Shown: positions 52,401 through 64,000 of the stretch, in pieces | How positions within the stretch are numbered: position 1 is the stretch's first letter | Layout of the letters: each line of letters opens with the position of its first letter | Origin: Balanoglossus misakiensis | Lineage: Eukaryota; Animalia; Hemichordata | Direction of reading: 5' to 3' | Length of the DNA stretch: 64,000 nt | NCBI GenBank assembly: GCA_040954595.2 | Contig: CM082589.2 | Coordinates: forward strand, 5,825,186 to 5,889,185 | The notes under the pieces: model-generated | Seen by the model: the letters and a program-made list of their open reading frames with translations, nothing else | Database searches by the model: none | What the model was told of the DNA's origin: nothing | Translations under genes and position numbers: made by a program

Positions 52401-52626
52401 ATTTGTAAGAATTATCTAATTTCAGGGATTTGTAGATGAATTGTAATGTTTATGACTACTTCACTTTAAGGGTATGGATAAATTTGAGTATATTTGCAAA
52501 AAAGTTGCAGTTAAGTGAATTGCTTACCCCGCCAAGTGCTGTTGCATCAGCCTTCTTGGCTATCATCACTTTCATGACATCATCTTTAGCGTAAAGGGCT
52601 GCGTAGTGTATCGCACTGCAGCCATC
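40491..52626 (-). CDS. TRPN1: TRPN1/NompC mechanosensitive TRP channel; 26 exons (about 1570 codons) visible, N-terminus not found
   Basis: 23 ankyrin exons (52626-52528, 52206-52093, 51863-51660, 51436-51335, 51173-50973, 50647-50549, 50344-50243, 49834-49733, 49608-49510, 49270-49142, 48895-48767, 48445-48329, 48192-48094, 47856-47656, 47259-47161, 46205-46104, 45868-45764, 45300-45199, 44802-44551, 44333-44226, 43829-43632, 43390-43292, 43103-42996) give 28 repeats, including NompC-typical KFKASVLARTKDGSTLMHIAS..GHPETAMMFLKKGVPLHMPNK. Exon 42783-41409 encodes SPAPVDTAVKLS, S1-S6, FHHLFGPWAIII, pore LFFSLFG and LINLLIAMMSDTYQRIQAQSDTEWKFG. Final exons are 41097-40945 and 40705-40491. Confidence 0.95.
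43416..43581. mobile_element. Tc1/mariner (pogo/Tigger-like) MITE remnant in a TRPN intron
   Basis: TA|CAGTAAAACCTGTCTAAAC...AAATAGGGTTAATTG|TA, with a degenerate right TIR and TA flanks. Homologous to 53432-53659 in reverse orientation. Confidence 0.55.
45518..45685. mobile_element. TTAA-type MITE, diverged inverted relative of 37987-38174
   Basis: TTAA|CGGCATACAGTCA...TGACCGTACACCT|TTAA. Internal CCCACTGAAAATC..GATTGG..TTACCATGGTAAC matches the reverse complement of the 38-kb copy. Confidence 0.6.
50860..50987. repeat. Short degenerate minisatellite (core CCWTATTTGGCATA, about 6 copies) spanning a TRPN exon end and the adjacent intron
   Basis: Recurrent ccttatttgg/ccatatttggcata between 50860 and 50987. 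Confidence 0.7.
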
Positions 52627-53431
52627 CTAAGAAAGAAAAAAATATATACACAAATAATATTAAACACTAGCCTTATGCAAATATGAATTATCTTAAAACT
52701 TTCATCACTTACAGATTGGAACTACTACATCAAATATATCACCAGAAAAACCAAAATATTACTTTTAATTTCTGCATTATTTGATTCAGGTGTGATTCAA
52801 GAGAAATGGAAAATCAATTTCTGAAATGCATTGTAAAAGATTTGAGTGTAAAACATCTATCATCAGTTGAATATGGAGGAAAACGATATTTAGAGGTGCA
52901 ATCTGATTATAATCGATTCCTGAACTGTCTTTTCAGGGAAAAGTAATTTTGAAGTCTACTGCCCTCTTGGGGCCAACTACTCTGCTGCAACTCAGACTCA
53001 ACTGCAGATGGCGATCTGCAAAAACTCACGAAACGTTTTATATAAATTCAATATTTTTATGGACACAGTGAAGTCTTTCACTGAAATTAATTATGTAGCG
53101 AAGACCATGAGAACACTACGATATCAATGTCACTTTTTCATTCAATAATTAATTAGCATTTTTTTGATGCCTTGGAAATTTTTCAATATGAAACCACGAG
53201 CACTGGATGCCCCAAGAGCATGCAAGACATAATTTATCACTGCCCAACGGTTTAAGATCTTGTAACTCTATCAATCACACTTTCATTTCTGAGAATAAAC
53301 ATTCAACCATGTGTGAAAGTTAGAATGGTCATAGATTTCCCAGTTCACACTCTTAATTTTTTTGTGGTGATTGCATTTTTGTTTGGTAATCATAATCAAT
53401 TCTGGAACTGTATGTTTCGCTTCATTTCATT

Positions 53432-53659
53432 TAGTCACACCTGTCTAAACCGGACACTGACGGGACTAGGGGAAAGCCTGCTTGCAGGGATGTTCGGTTT
53501 ACAGAGGGTCATCTTTGCAGTGTTCTGTTCGGTTTGCTGAGGTGTCTGGTTTAGAGAGTTTTTTAACAGTGTTCAGTGTGGGGGGACTGAAAAAGGTGTT
53601 CATTATAGACAGGTTAGGTATCCTGATTAGACATGGTTTGGTTTGGACATGTTTCACTG
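53432..53659. mobile_element. Tc1/mariner (pogo/Tigger-like) MITE
   Basis: Imperfect TIRs TAGTCACACCTGTCTAAACC...GGTTTGGACATGTTTCACTG|TA; internal similarity to 43416-43581. Confidence 0.55.
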
Positions 53660-56600
53660 TACAATGTAGTACTTAGTGAGGATATATGCAGTAATTATGT
53701 GATGAAAAATTAGTTTTTGTCGGACTGCACGCAAACTTTGGTCCACAACAAGATAAACAGGAGAATTTCATCATGAACATCTGTTCTCAGCTAGTCCAAC
53801 ATTCTATCTTAATCAGTACCAGCACTTACTGTGTCGAGTTGTTACACTAATTATCTTTTATTATAAATGACCTGTCTTTGGAGTGGAGAGATTTTATCCA
53901 TCATGGCGTACCATGCTCTATTTATTTTGTGACCGCATTGCATTTTACTGCTTAATTCATCTTTGTATGAAGAATGTTTTCATTATAACTCTGACTAGGC
54001 ATATGGTGAGAATTCTTTTAAAACTTTGAAGCTTTTTAGTGATTTGATTGTCACTTTTTTGCTTGATTATGTTTTGGTGAGCTATAAGTCACAGTCTATT
54101 TTGGTGTTAATGTTTTCTGAATACAACGTTGCTAAAACACATTTATTTAATGAAGTTTGTAAATGTACCAACAAGTAAGTCCCCGGTAGGTTTCACTTGG
54201 TAGATGAGTTGGCACACTCCCTTCATATTACAATCTAGGTTTTGCTTATACTAGTTGGCCTAAATAACAGTGCAGTGAATATAAACACTGACAGAAAGAG
54301 GTTCAATTCGGACACTGTTTGTCCCCATAAAATAGAGGACAGTATAACGGGACACTGCACTTTTAAACTTGGTTTATTATTGGCCAAGACAGTCTTGTTC
54401 AGCAAACAAGAGTTGCTGTAGAAACTACAAGACACTCAAAATGCACAGTATTAGAGGTGGCTTATGGAGTTTGAGTTCTCCCTTCTTGGCTCGGGGCTGT
54501 GTTTCTAATCTACGCCCCCTCTGAGTGGGTCAGGTTGCCAGTGGAAAGTTAAAATGCAGTCTAATGATATCAGAACCCGACCACATGCATCGGTTACTAT
54601 TACAAAGAACTTATGAAAAAATAAACTCTACATCTTGATCTACTTTTGCGGAAAGAAAAACAGTTCTGTACTTAAATTTTGACAAACAAAACTGTACTGG
54701 TCAACAATCGGCTTCCAGTGTCATCCGAGAGAACTGCTTAGCGCCATCAATCATGGCACGACGCTGGGGTTTATCAAAACAGACTATGTTTAAATCTCCA
54801 GCAGCCAAAATGTTGGGAAAGTGGGTCGCTCTGAAAGGTCGTAGGTGTGAACTATGATCCCAAGATGCAAGCTGAGAACTGACTCGGCACGTTTTTTCTG
54901 TACACCGCATTGTGTATTTATAAATATTCGACCGTCTAAGTTTAGTATTTGGGACAGCTCTGCACAGCATCTACAAGAGTACTTTGTTAAATTCCTTTCA
55001 ACAGCAAAAAATGGTTATATATGCTTTGGTTGGATCCAAGAATTGATGGGGGAGGGGGAGGGGCAATGAACCGCAAATCCTCTTTGTGTATGCCACAACT
55101 TTTCTGGCATGTGATACTCTAGGTCCAACAACATGACCCCGTGACCTCAACATCCTGGCATTTTCATTGGCATGGCAGCAAGTCATCCATGTTGTTCAGT
55201 CTGCATTTAATTCCGGCCTCGCTGCTTCGAATTCACAGCAGAACAGAAAATGCACATCTCGTTTCGCTACTAGAAATAAGAACGCTTCAACGCAAGCCTC
55301 AAAGACACATACCACATGCACATACCAATGAAAATACCAGGTTGTAAGTTTAGTTATCCAGAGGTCATGAGAAAGTGGCCATTTCTGTTAGTGAAAAAAA
55401 AAGATTTTCAATGATCAAGAAATTCTGGAATACTTTTGAAATGATCAAGAAATTTTGGAATACTTATGAAATGCCAATACTCATTATAATGATATACTGT
55501 AATTCATGGCAAGTAATTTGAAAAGGTATGAGCACTTCAAAGAATCGAAAAAAAAGAACCGAATATCATATATTTGCAATAAAATGTGGAGGCCATACGG
55601 TGTGAGTTAATTTTACTCAAAGAAAAATCTGCCGTTAAAATTTGATCAATTAAACTGTCCACCTCTCTAAATGTATTTTATGACGGTGTCCAAGAGACAA
55701 CGAGTGAAAAATGGAGTTTGTGTGAATCTGCGCACTGCAAATGAAACCACTGCGTTCAGTCACCTCGCCCAGTACCTGGTTACACTGATATCTTAATAGT
55801 TAATGTACACTAATTCAATCGGCAATGCAAACCATCTCAATCTATCATCAATTTTACCCGTGTTTAAACACCTCTTCCAGGTCTCCCTCGGCTATGTCGG
55901 TAAATAAACCCTCTCTCGCCATGACGGCAGTCTGTTGCTATGACAACCCATCTCCAGGGCAACCTTGCCCAAACAAAGGCAGCACTGACTGATGTAAAAT
56001 GTGATTCAGAGGTTTTTTTGGGGTCCGGCGTGATTGAAAGCAAAAAGTTCTCAATTAGATTACGGCAGTTGAAATTACAGCGTTTTCACAAAAGCTGGCG
56101 CTGCGGGGTAACGCGGTTACGAACCTGTCTGTGGATTCTAAAAGCCACCAACACAGCGTGTGTTGTAGACCTTTTTTTCTCTCGTCCCACAGAGTGCACA
56201 CAACAGCACTTTAAAATAATACTCCCAAGGTGTTGGGAATTATTCTAAGAAATCTAATGGGCTGATGGAGGGAAGGTTGAAGGAGCTTAATACGACAGTT
56301 TCTCTGCTTGGCAACACGGTACCAAAGATCTATTAAATCAGACAAATTTTAACAACGCAGTTCTTCTGCTGTCAATTGAAGTAATTTGGCAGTCCAATTT
56401 TAAGGACAAGGTCATATATTTCTTCAATATTTATTTGGTTACTTTAGAACTTATGTTGTTCATTTATTACTGATATCTCTGGGTTATTGGAGAAGTTCTC
56501 ACTTCCATATTTGCAGCAATGTTGTAAATACTTGGATGCCAATCTGACTATCTTTCATCATTTATGTACATAATTGTGTACCATTATGTCACAGAATATT

Positions 56601-57786
56601 GTTCTCTTCACTTGGCTCTATAGCCAATATCTGAAAACACCAGTCGACTAACTAGAATCTGCCAAATCCTTAAAAATTCAAAGTAACATTCAAATATCTC
56701 ATGCTTTCTATCTAGGGATCTATTTAAAAGACTTTCAATTGTTATAAAGCTTAATTGTTCATTGCCTGTAAGAAGTGGTTCCAAAATGATGATAGAAAAA
56801 TAACCTTTCCATTTTTTCAAGAAACCTACCTGGTGATAGGCCAGCTTTGAAAATATTTAATACATTTGGTTGGTACTGTGTGCTTTAACTGCACTGGAGG
56901 GTAATTGTATTTTACTCTGAAGCTTCTGTGTAGAGCCCTAAATTGACTTTTGAAAACCTGAATGGCTGACTAAAAGGTCTCCTTCTAAAGGCACTTCTAT
57001 TCCCCACAGACTGCGCACACAGAAGTGATTATTCAAAACCTTGTAGCCATATTCTCCTCGCGGTCCTTGTCTTATTCTCGATCTGAACCTCGGCAAGGAC
57101 TGTCTGTCCGTCTCTATGCAAACACTGCCTCCGCCAATATTGAAAAGGTATCTCCATGGCTAAATTCATAGAGCCTGAAAATGCTATATCTCATGTCATG
57201 TCCCTGGAACAGAAATCTGATTCTTCACTCCAAATGTACATCGTATAATAAGACTATTTTCAGATTTTATATTTCTGGAATATGATTCTTGCGTAGATGC
57301 AATGCGTTGTTTTTTATAATCCTTCAATGAGGATGTCTTAATATGCCTAATGAAGGAAGAAAGCTGGATTGATGGAAGGAAGGATGGAAGTATGGATGGA
57401 TGGATAAAGAGTTGTCAGTTTAAAAACATCGATTGTGTGATGTGAAGCAAACTGCCATCATAAAAATAAGAACATTCAGAACCTTCTGTCATTCACAGAA
57501 GTACTATTTTGCACTAAAGAAAGACGTCTTTGCTTCTATTAATTATGCTTAAAAAGACCTGATTTTTTTCTGCTGACGGACAGTAAGACACCAATACAAT
57601 TTCGTACAATTGAAAAGTCAACACTATTCTTCTCCTTGAAAGACGAGCTAACAAGTTAATCGGTTGCTGTGGCAACTAAAAGACGCCCCGGATCGGTCTG
57701 CATCCTTTCCTGAGGGGACAAACACTTGCTGGTGCACGCTTTAGGGCCACGGAATCAATAGGCACCGGTTTCTTGGGAATAATTAA

Positions 57787-58290
57787 AGGCACGTAAGCTG
57801 TAACTTTTGGGATAATTTTCATAATTTTTGTTTCAAACTGAACTACCATTAGTCCATGCAGATGAAGGCAGTGAACTATACACAAGCATTATAAACCCTA
57901 AATATGAGTGCATATGCAAGTTTTAACCAGATAAATAATAAAGCTTTGCCGCAAGCGATTATGGCCGCCACCGTGGGATAATGCAAGAAACAATGAAAAT
58001 GTTGCATTTCCGGTTGTGAAACTTCATAAACAAAACATGAGCTCATACACTTGAGCTCATGGAAGTAAATGTACACCACTGAGAAATCAGATTGTAATTT
58101 TTGATTGCAATATTGCACTTTTTTTAAAATTGCAGGAATTTGCGTTTTTCTTTAATTTTTGGCAATTTTGTCATAAATAAGTGTTGAGCTTGATATATTA
58201 TCATCAAATATCATTTAATAGACATAATTAAAAGCATATATGAGATTATTTAAAACTTTAATTTTTTATCCAGTTGCAGCTTACGTGCCT
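57787..58290. mobile_element. Kolobok-like non-autonomous DNA transposon (MITE), 504 bp
   Basis: TTAA|AGGCACGTAAGCTGTAACT...AGTTGCAGCTTACGTGCCT|TTAA: 19-bp TIR with one mismatch, TTAA TSD and AG..CT termini. A related terminus fragment lies near 46335-46360. Confidence 0.8.
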
Positions 58291-60590
58291 TTAACAAGGA
58301 TCTGCAAACTTAACATCACTTTAGATTCAAGGATTTTCCTCGACTTCTGAAGGACGATTTCAAGGATGCTCTGAAATCAATAAACGCTTGATTCAAGGGG
58401 TGCTGTACCTCAAATTCACTTGAATGACAAACACTTAATTGCGATAGTTCAGGGTCATGTCCACTTTGCGTAGACCAGAACAGGTGTTTGAATCAACTTG
58501 CCAATGGACTTCAAGGATAACGTAGTGAATTTTGAGATTTTAAGACTTCAAACCAATTCAAAGAGAACTGTGCCAGAACAATTATTGCCAGCATTTTGCT
58601 AGCCTTTTACTATTTCTGTATGTTACAGTAAACACACTGAAATTTACAGCTGTTTCTCACAAGGAATATTATACTTCTGTGCAATATAAATCTTCTATGA
58701 CCTTAGGGTAAGGGTCAGACGTTCTTTGCGGATTCATAATTCAAAATGCTGCATTAAGAAAATTGAAATAACTTGTCTCTAATGAAACGAAAATATCCAT
58801 GAAGAATGGTGCAGGGACTTAAAAACATGTCGATGGCTGTGTCATGTCTAAACTTACTGTCTTCCATGGTTTGGGTTATTTCTATCTCGTTTTAATATGA
58901 TGAGTTATTAGCATTAAACTCTGCTATTATCAACACTCTGATTTGCTGACCTCAGACAACCCTTCTGTTGTAGACATAACATATTGAAACCATCCAAAAA
59001 ACAGTTTCTAACATAAATCACTACAGTTTGAAATTGTCTATGTTATTGAGAAATTTTGTGTTGAAAGTATAGGGATAGTCTGCAATAATCATTTGAGAGG
59101 ATGTTTATTGCATTCTAAAATGTATACAAAATAAACGAAATGTCCCATTTGAAACACGATGAAACAATACTTCTCTTCCCCCCTAAAATGATTCAAAGTC
59201 GTGGACCAAATGTCGGACTCTGTGAACTAGGTCTTGAAACTGTCAGACTGTGAATTAGTGATGACTGGTAGCACACGACGGGGCACATTGTCCTATATGT
59301 ATCGTCCTCTCACCTCGACTACAGTCACCTTGGCAGGCCAAGATGTCCTATATGTACCATGTAGCTTTCTGTGCATGTCTTCCCGACAGCAAACAAGTCA
59401 CCCTTCCATCCCCCTCCCTCTCCAAGCCACTCTAGACTTGTTTTGGACTCTGCGACTGAACCGTACGCAATTACATTACCCTCATACAGAAGCAATTTCA
59501 GTCTGGGTCAAAGCAATGAATAGGCACAGTGTGAAAATGATCGAAAAATATTGAAATTCCTGCAAAATGTTTGGAGGGAAATTACCCAGAGCACCGTAAA
59601 GGTTAAGTTAGTGACAGAATTCCATCGATGGCTATTAATCGCTCTTAACGCAGGTTTTCCCAGAAGGATTTCCTCGATGAATCAAAATAGATGTGTGTAT
59701 TACAAACTATCCACTATAAACGATGAACATCTGTTAAAGACTCCCAATGGAGCAGTATTAGTGGGTGCCTAATCCCTAACGTTATACCTGACCGCATCAC
59801 TACTGGGTGAAATACTTCAGGTAGTGGTCTACTCAAAATTTAGAATATTGTCATTTTCCTGATTTTTAGGTATTATATAGCGATAAATTTTAAAATATAA
59901 AAATAGCAAAAAAAACCCAGGGTGTTCCCAACCTACTTTTTCAGTTGGGGGGGTCTCAAATATAGTGGAAAATGCTGAGTCAGCACTTTTCTCGTGCTCC
60001 TAATAGTAATACTGTAACAGTTTTCTTCTATGGTGAAAATATCTAAACAGCTCTATAAAACTATCATGGTGACATAGTGTTTTCCGAATATCATTTAATA
60101 GTACTCCTCTTTTGGCACCTTTTGTGAAAATTCCAAGAAAATGACAATGATGTAACAAGGTTTTCTCGAGATTCTACATGTGGTAGGGCTATAGAATGTG
60201 ATGATAATGCACTGCATCTGGCTAGTCTTCTACCTTAATGTCGTCATCCATGAATACCTTTAAAGATTTACTCTCGGTCCTGTCATCCATCGACGCCAAT
60301 CAGCGCCGTTGATGCGTGGCTAACGTTCTGTAAATTGGAATTTAATAGTGGCCATCAGTTGGATGACATCACCGTGTTCATTTGGAATTCATCGGGCGCT
60401 GTCAGCAATCGCTGTGTTTTTCTTATCTGATCGGGCGGAAAGTGTGTCGCTTTTAAAAAAAATCTCTGAAGCAAGGAGGGCTCTGATTTCGTGGAATGAA
60501 TAATTCACTAGGCCAGTCTCTTAAGTCTCCTTTCCAATTTTGGTTTGGCAGTTGACTATTTCTAGTCATGGGGTTATTTTAATATAACTA

Positions 60591-60655
60591 TTTGTGTTTG
60601 TTTGTTTGTTTGTTTGTTTGTTTGTTTGTTTGGTTGTTTGGTTGGTTGGTTAGTT
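60591..60655. repeat. (GTTT)n/(GGTT)n microsatellite
   Basis: Read directly. Confidence 0.9.
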
Positions 60656-63600
60656 GAGATGATCAAGGGTAGGAAAGTTGGTCTAACACAAGAAGATACC
60701 CATGCTGTATATGGCTGTTAACACAACAGATGTTAAATACAGATTCAACACCACCAGCAAACTGACCAACAGTACATTACTAGTCCAGATACATTTTCAC
60801 TGAAACAAACTCAACGGTTTTCTCAGGTATACATGTATTTTGTACATGCATACACCTCACACTTTGTTCACCTAATTTGTTGTATAATTCATGTAGGCAA
60901 TTTAATTTCAGAGATCAATACATGTATTCTACCTTACAATATTCCACAAGAAATCCAGCAGTTCATCTCAGAAAATCCAATATCAAATATAACGTATTGA
61001 TTTTTTTCTCTGACAGTAAGTAGCCTGAGATAAATCCTTGTTTGCTCTGTGTAAGTCTGAGATTATCGGTTTAACTTTAATGTACTGGCAATATTGACGG
61101 ACTGATGAGCTCTCTAACCGTAACCAGTGACATTTAAAACTGATGAAGGTCACCGCAAAACTTTCTGACCCCTTGTCTCTTTTCCCTAATCTGGTCTCTT
61201 CCCCGTTGAAGGAAAAATGCACGGAAGCGTTTAATGCTTCGGGAATTATCACATGCGGGTTATCAGTTGAGTGCAAATTTGCGCACAATTTGGCAATTAG
61301 CCCTAAAAGGATTTTTTTTTTTGAAAAGTGGATGAAGAAGGTGATTAGTGGGAGAGGTCGGTAGTTTGATGGATGGTCCTGTCGCTTGCATCACAAAGAC
61401 GAGAGTTTTGAAGAAAGAGGGATTGATAAGTGTTCGCGGTGTCGGTAGGCCCCTGTCGACTTTCTATTGACTTCAGCAAACAAAGGGAACAGTAATGATG
61501 CAACGCTGATGAATCTTTTGACAGTTCTTGTTCCAAACTTGAGCTTCAACATTTATTGAAAGTTTTTATCCAAAAACCAGCAGTAATAATCGAAAGCTAA
61601 GTGTCATGCCATAAACAGAAACTTTGGTCTTCATGCGATCAAACCGAACCAAATCTGTGGGTTTTGATCAACCACCATCAACACAGCCATATACTGCCAT
61701 GGCAACAGATTGAAAGAACTTGTACATTTAATTAGCTCGTCTAATGAAGATGGACAATTCCATTTTCACGTGTGGGTGGAACAGGATGTGGCAAAAAAGG
61801 CTGGTTAATGAGAATTCATATTACAGCCCGGGGGTGTTGTCACGGTCGCTGTTTCTCTTGCTCTCCTGTTCACTGCAACCGCGCGATGGAAGCATACGTT
61901 GTTGTTTCTTTTCAAAGACACCCTGGGGCTACATCACTATTTGCCCTTTCGGTTAGATCCTTCCACTTAATAGGCACTACTTCAATCCAATTCAATCAAA
62001 AATCACTTGTTGCTCGGACATAAAATGAAATTAGTGACCCAAACAGGCAAAGAAAAGGTTGTAATTTTTCACCAAAAAAAACAATTGTACCACCCAACGT
62101 ACATAAGGCATAAACAGAAGCTTCACACACACGACTGATGCTCCCCTTCTGAAAGTACTGTTTCCTAGCAACAGTTGCCAAGCAACAGCACCATCATCAC
62201 AAGGAGCATCAATATTTCTCTTCTTAGTAACATTTGTTGAGATTGTACAATGATCAGTATATCTTGACTGAAAATAAATATTAACGTGTTTATCAGTGGA
62301 GGAAAAAGCGAGTGAAAATATGGCAGAGAGACATTCTGCCATGGTAACAAAGTTATCGACTCATAAATCCCACTTTGTCAACTTCTACTCAGTTTCACGT
62401 TACACATATGGAACAAACAAATTTTGTTTAGAATGTGTGATCTGATGCTTGGACGAAAACGTTATTCAGTCGTTGTAATTTCATATACATTTACGGTAAT
62501 TTTGTTTAGTGTAATGAACTACCCGGTCCCTGGTATGTTACAACTCGATGATGCAAACTGAACTCTCTTAGTTCGAGCCAATTTACTGGTTAATTATGCT
62601 TTCATTCCTAATTTTTTATAACAACATGTATCCTACATTTAATAGACTGTGTCCACAACTGGAAAATTCGGAGACCAAACATGATTAAGGAAGGAGGAAA
62701 TAAAAATTCAGATAAAATACACTTTTGGGGTAAGAAAAATTCACAGGAGTTACAGCTGTCCTTCTGAACTATGATTTCCTGTATGACCCAATTACAAGCA
62801 TTCCATTAGGTGATAATTTGCAAGCGTGGTTAATATCACAGCAGGGCGGATATAACTTATGATCATATTACATAAACAATGTTCTCTTTCATCATTCTAC
62901 TGTAAATTACATCATCACGAAATCTTCCCATCATGCCCCATAAGGGCAACACTCATTTCCTCTTTGACATTATATGGCTTCAACAGCAGCAATATAAAAC
63001 TTATATTTTCATCGTTCTGGAAAACAAAATCACTTGCCAGTTGCTATGGTAATAACATAATTATTCTACTGATATTGCCTTACACTAAGCATTAGAATTT
63101 GTCTTTACCAGTGCTTGCGATTTCAAATGCTAACTTTCTGCCATCCGGAAGAATTCACCCATAATTCATGTAGGTAAAAATCTGTACGTACTTGTACATC
63201 AAATGATGGATTTTTCAGTCGAGGGAGAGTTTTAGTCATACTTTAACATTGCTGTGTTGTTCGAGTGAGCTCTCTAGCCTTCCCAAGTTCCCTCCCTCTT
63301 CAAGGAAGCATAGTGAATGATGGATTTTTCAGCCTATACTACAAGGAGAGATTGAACCACGCTTAAGCATTATCAAGTCCAGGATATATCAACCCATCTA
63401 ATATAGATTCACATCATTAAACAATAATTAATAGCTTGGAAATGGCAGAATCAGATAGTCCCTTTGTGACATTATCATTAGTAGAAATTATCAAAATGCA
63501 TTATGGTTATACATAACGAAGTGGTCATTTGGTATAACGAGGCAATAATTGACATAAAAGGTCATAACACATCATTATTGTTCTGCAGGGGGCAATAATG

Positions 63601-64000
63601 TGTCATTATTGTCCCGAAGAGACAGTAAGACAGTATTAGGACTCTAAACACTGATGGTGTTTTCAATTTGACTGTTTTATTCATGTCATAAACAACGCAG
63701 TGTAAATGTCACCAGAATGGACTCACAGTGGGTAGAAATAACATTCCCGAAAATCTGGGAAGCAGCCTCACACAGGATGGGGATATATGCCATTAACCTT
63801 GACACCAAGAGAACCGGATGAGGTACATATAGAATTTCACCAACCCCCCAAGTTTGGTATGTGTCACACTAACCCACTTGTTAGTGCATGCCGTCCTGTG
63901 TTGTTCCACTGCAATCTACTGTGAATCGACTGTTTTGACTGGTCTTCGTGTGGTTATAATCATAATCATTTCTAAATTCAGCTCTTATACTATCAGGCTT

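Noticed and set aside
63560-63625. Small inverted repeat CATTATTG...CAATAATG
   Set aside because: Short, AT-rich and probably part of a decayed repeat; no termini or TSD could be defined.

Overview
Intron-rich animal (probably marine invertebrate bilaterian) genomic DNA; exon models were assembled by hand from GT-AG sites and reading-frame continuity. Left to right: 3' end of a DDX43-like DEAD-box helicase (+); a complete ESCO2/Eco1 cohesin acetyltransferase (-) head-to-head with MRGBP (+); a 20-exon GPR133/ADGRD1-like adhesion GPCR (-) with signal peptide, furin-like site, GAIN/GPS and 7TM but no recognisable adhesion domain; a 7.6-kb block (24.36-31.97 kb) of Helentron-type non-autonomous elements (HINE/DINE-1 architecture) carrying satellite-like internal repeats, including an array with three stacked 5' hairpin heads followed by four bodies/tails that looks like serial self-insertion; and most of a TRPN1/NompC mechanotransduction channel (-; 26 exons, 28 ankyrin repeats visible, 5' end not found). 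Several MITEs and microsatellites are scattered through the window. No rRNA, tRNA or CRISPR array was seen.
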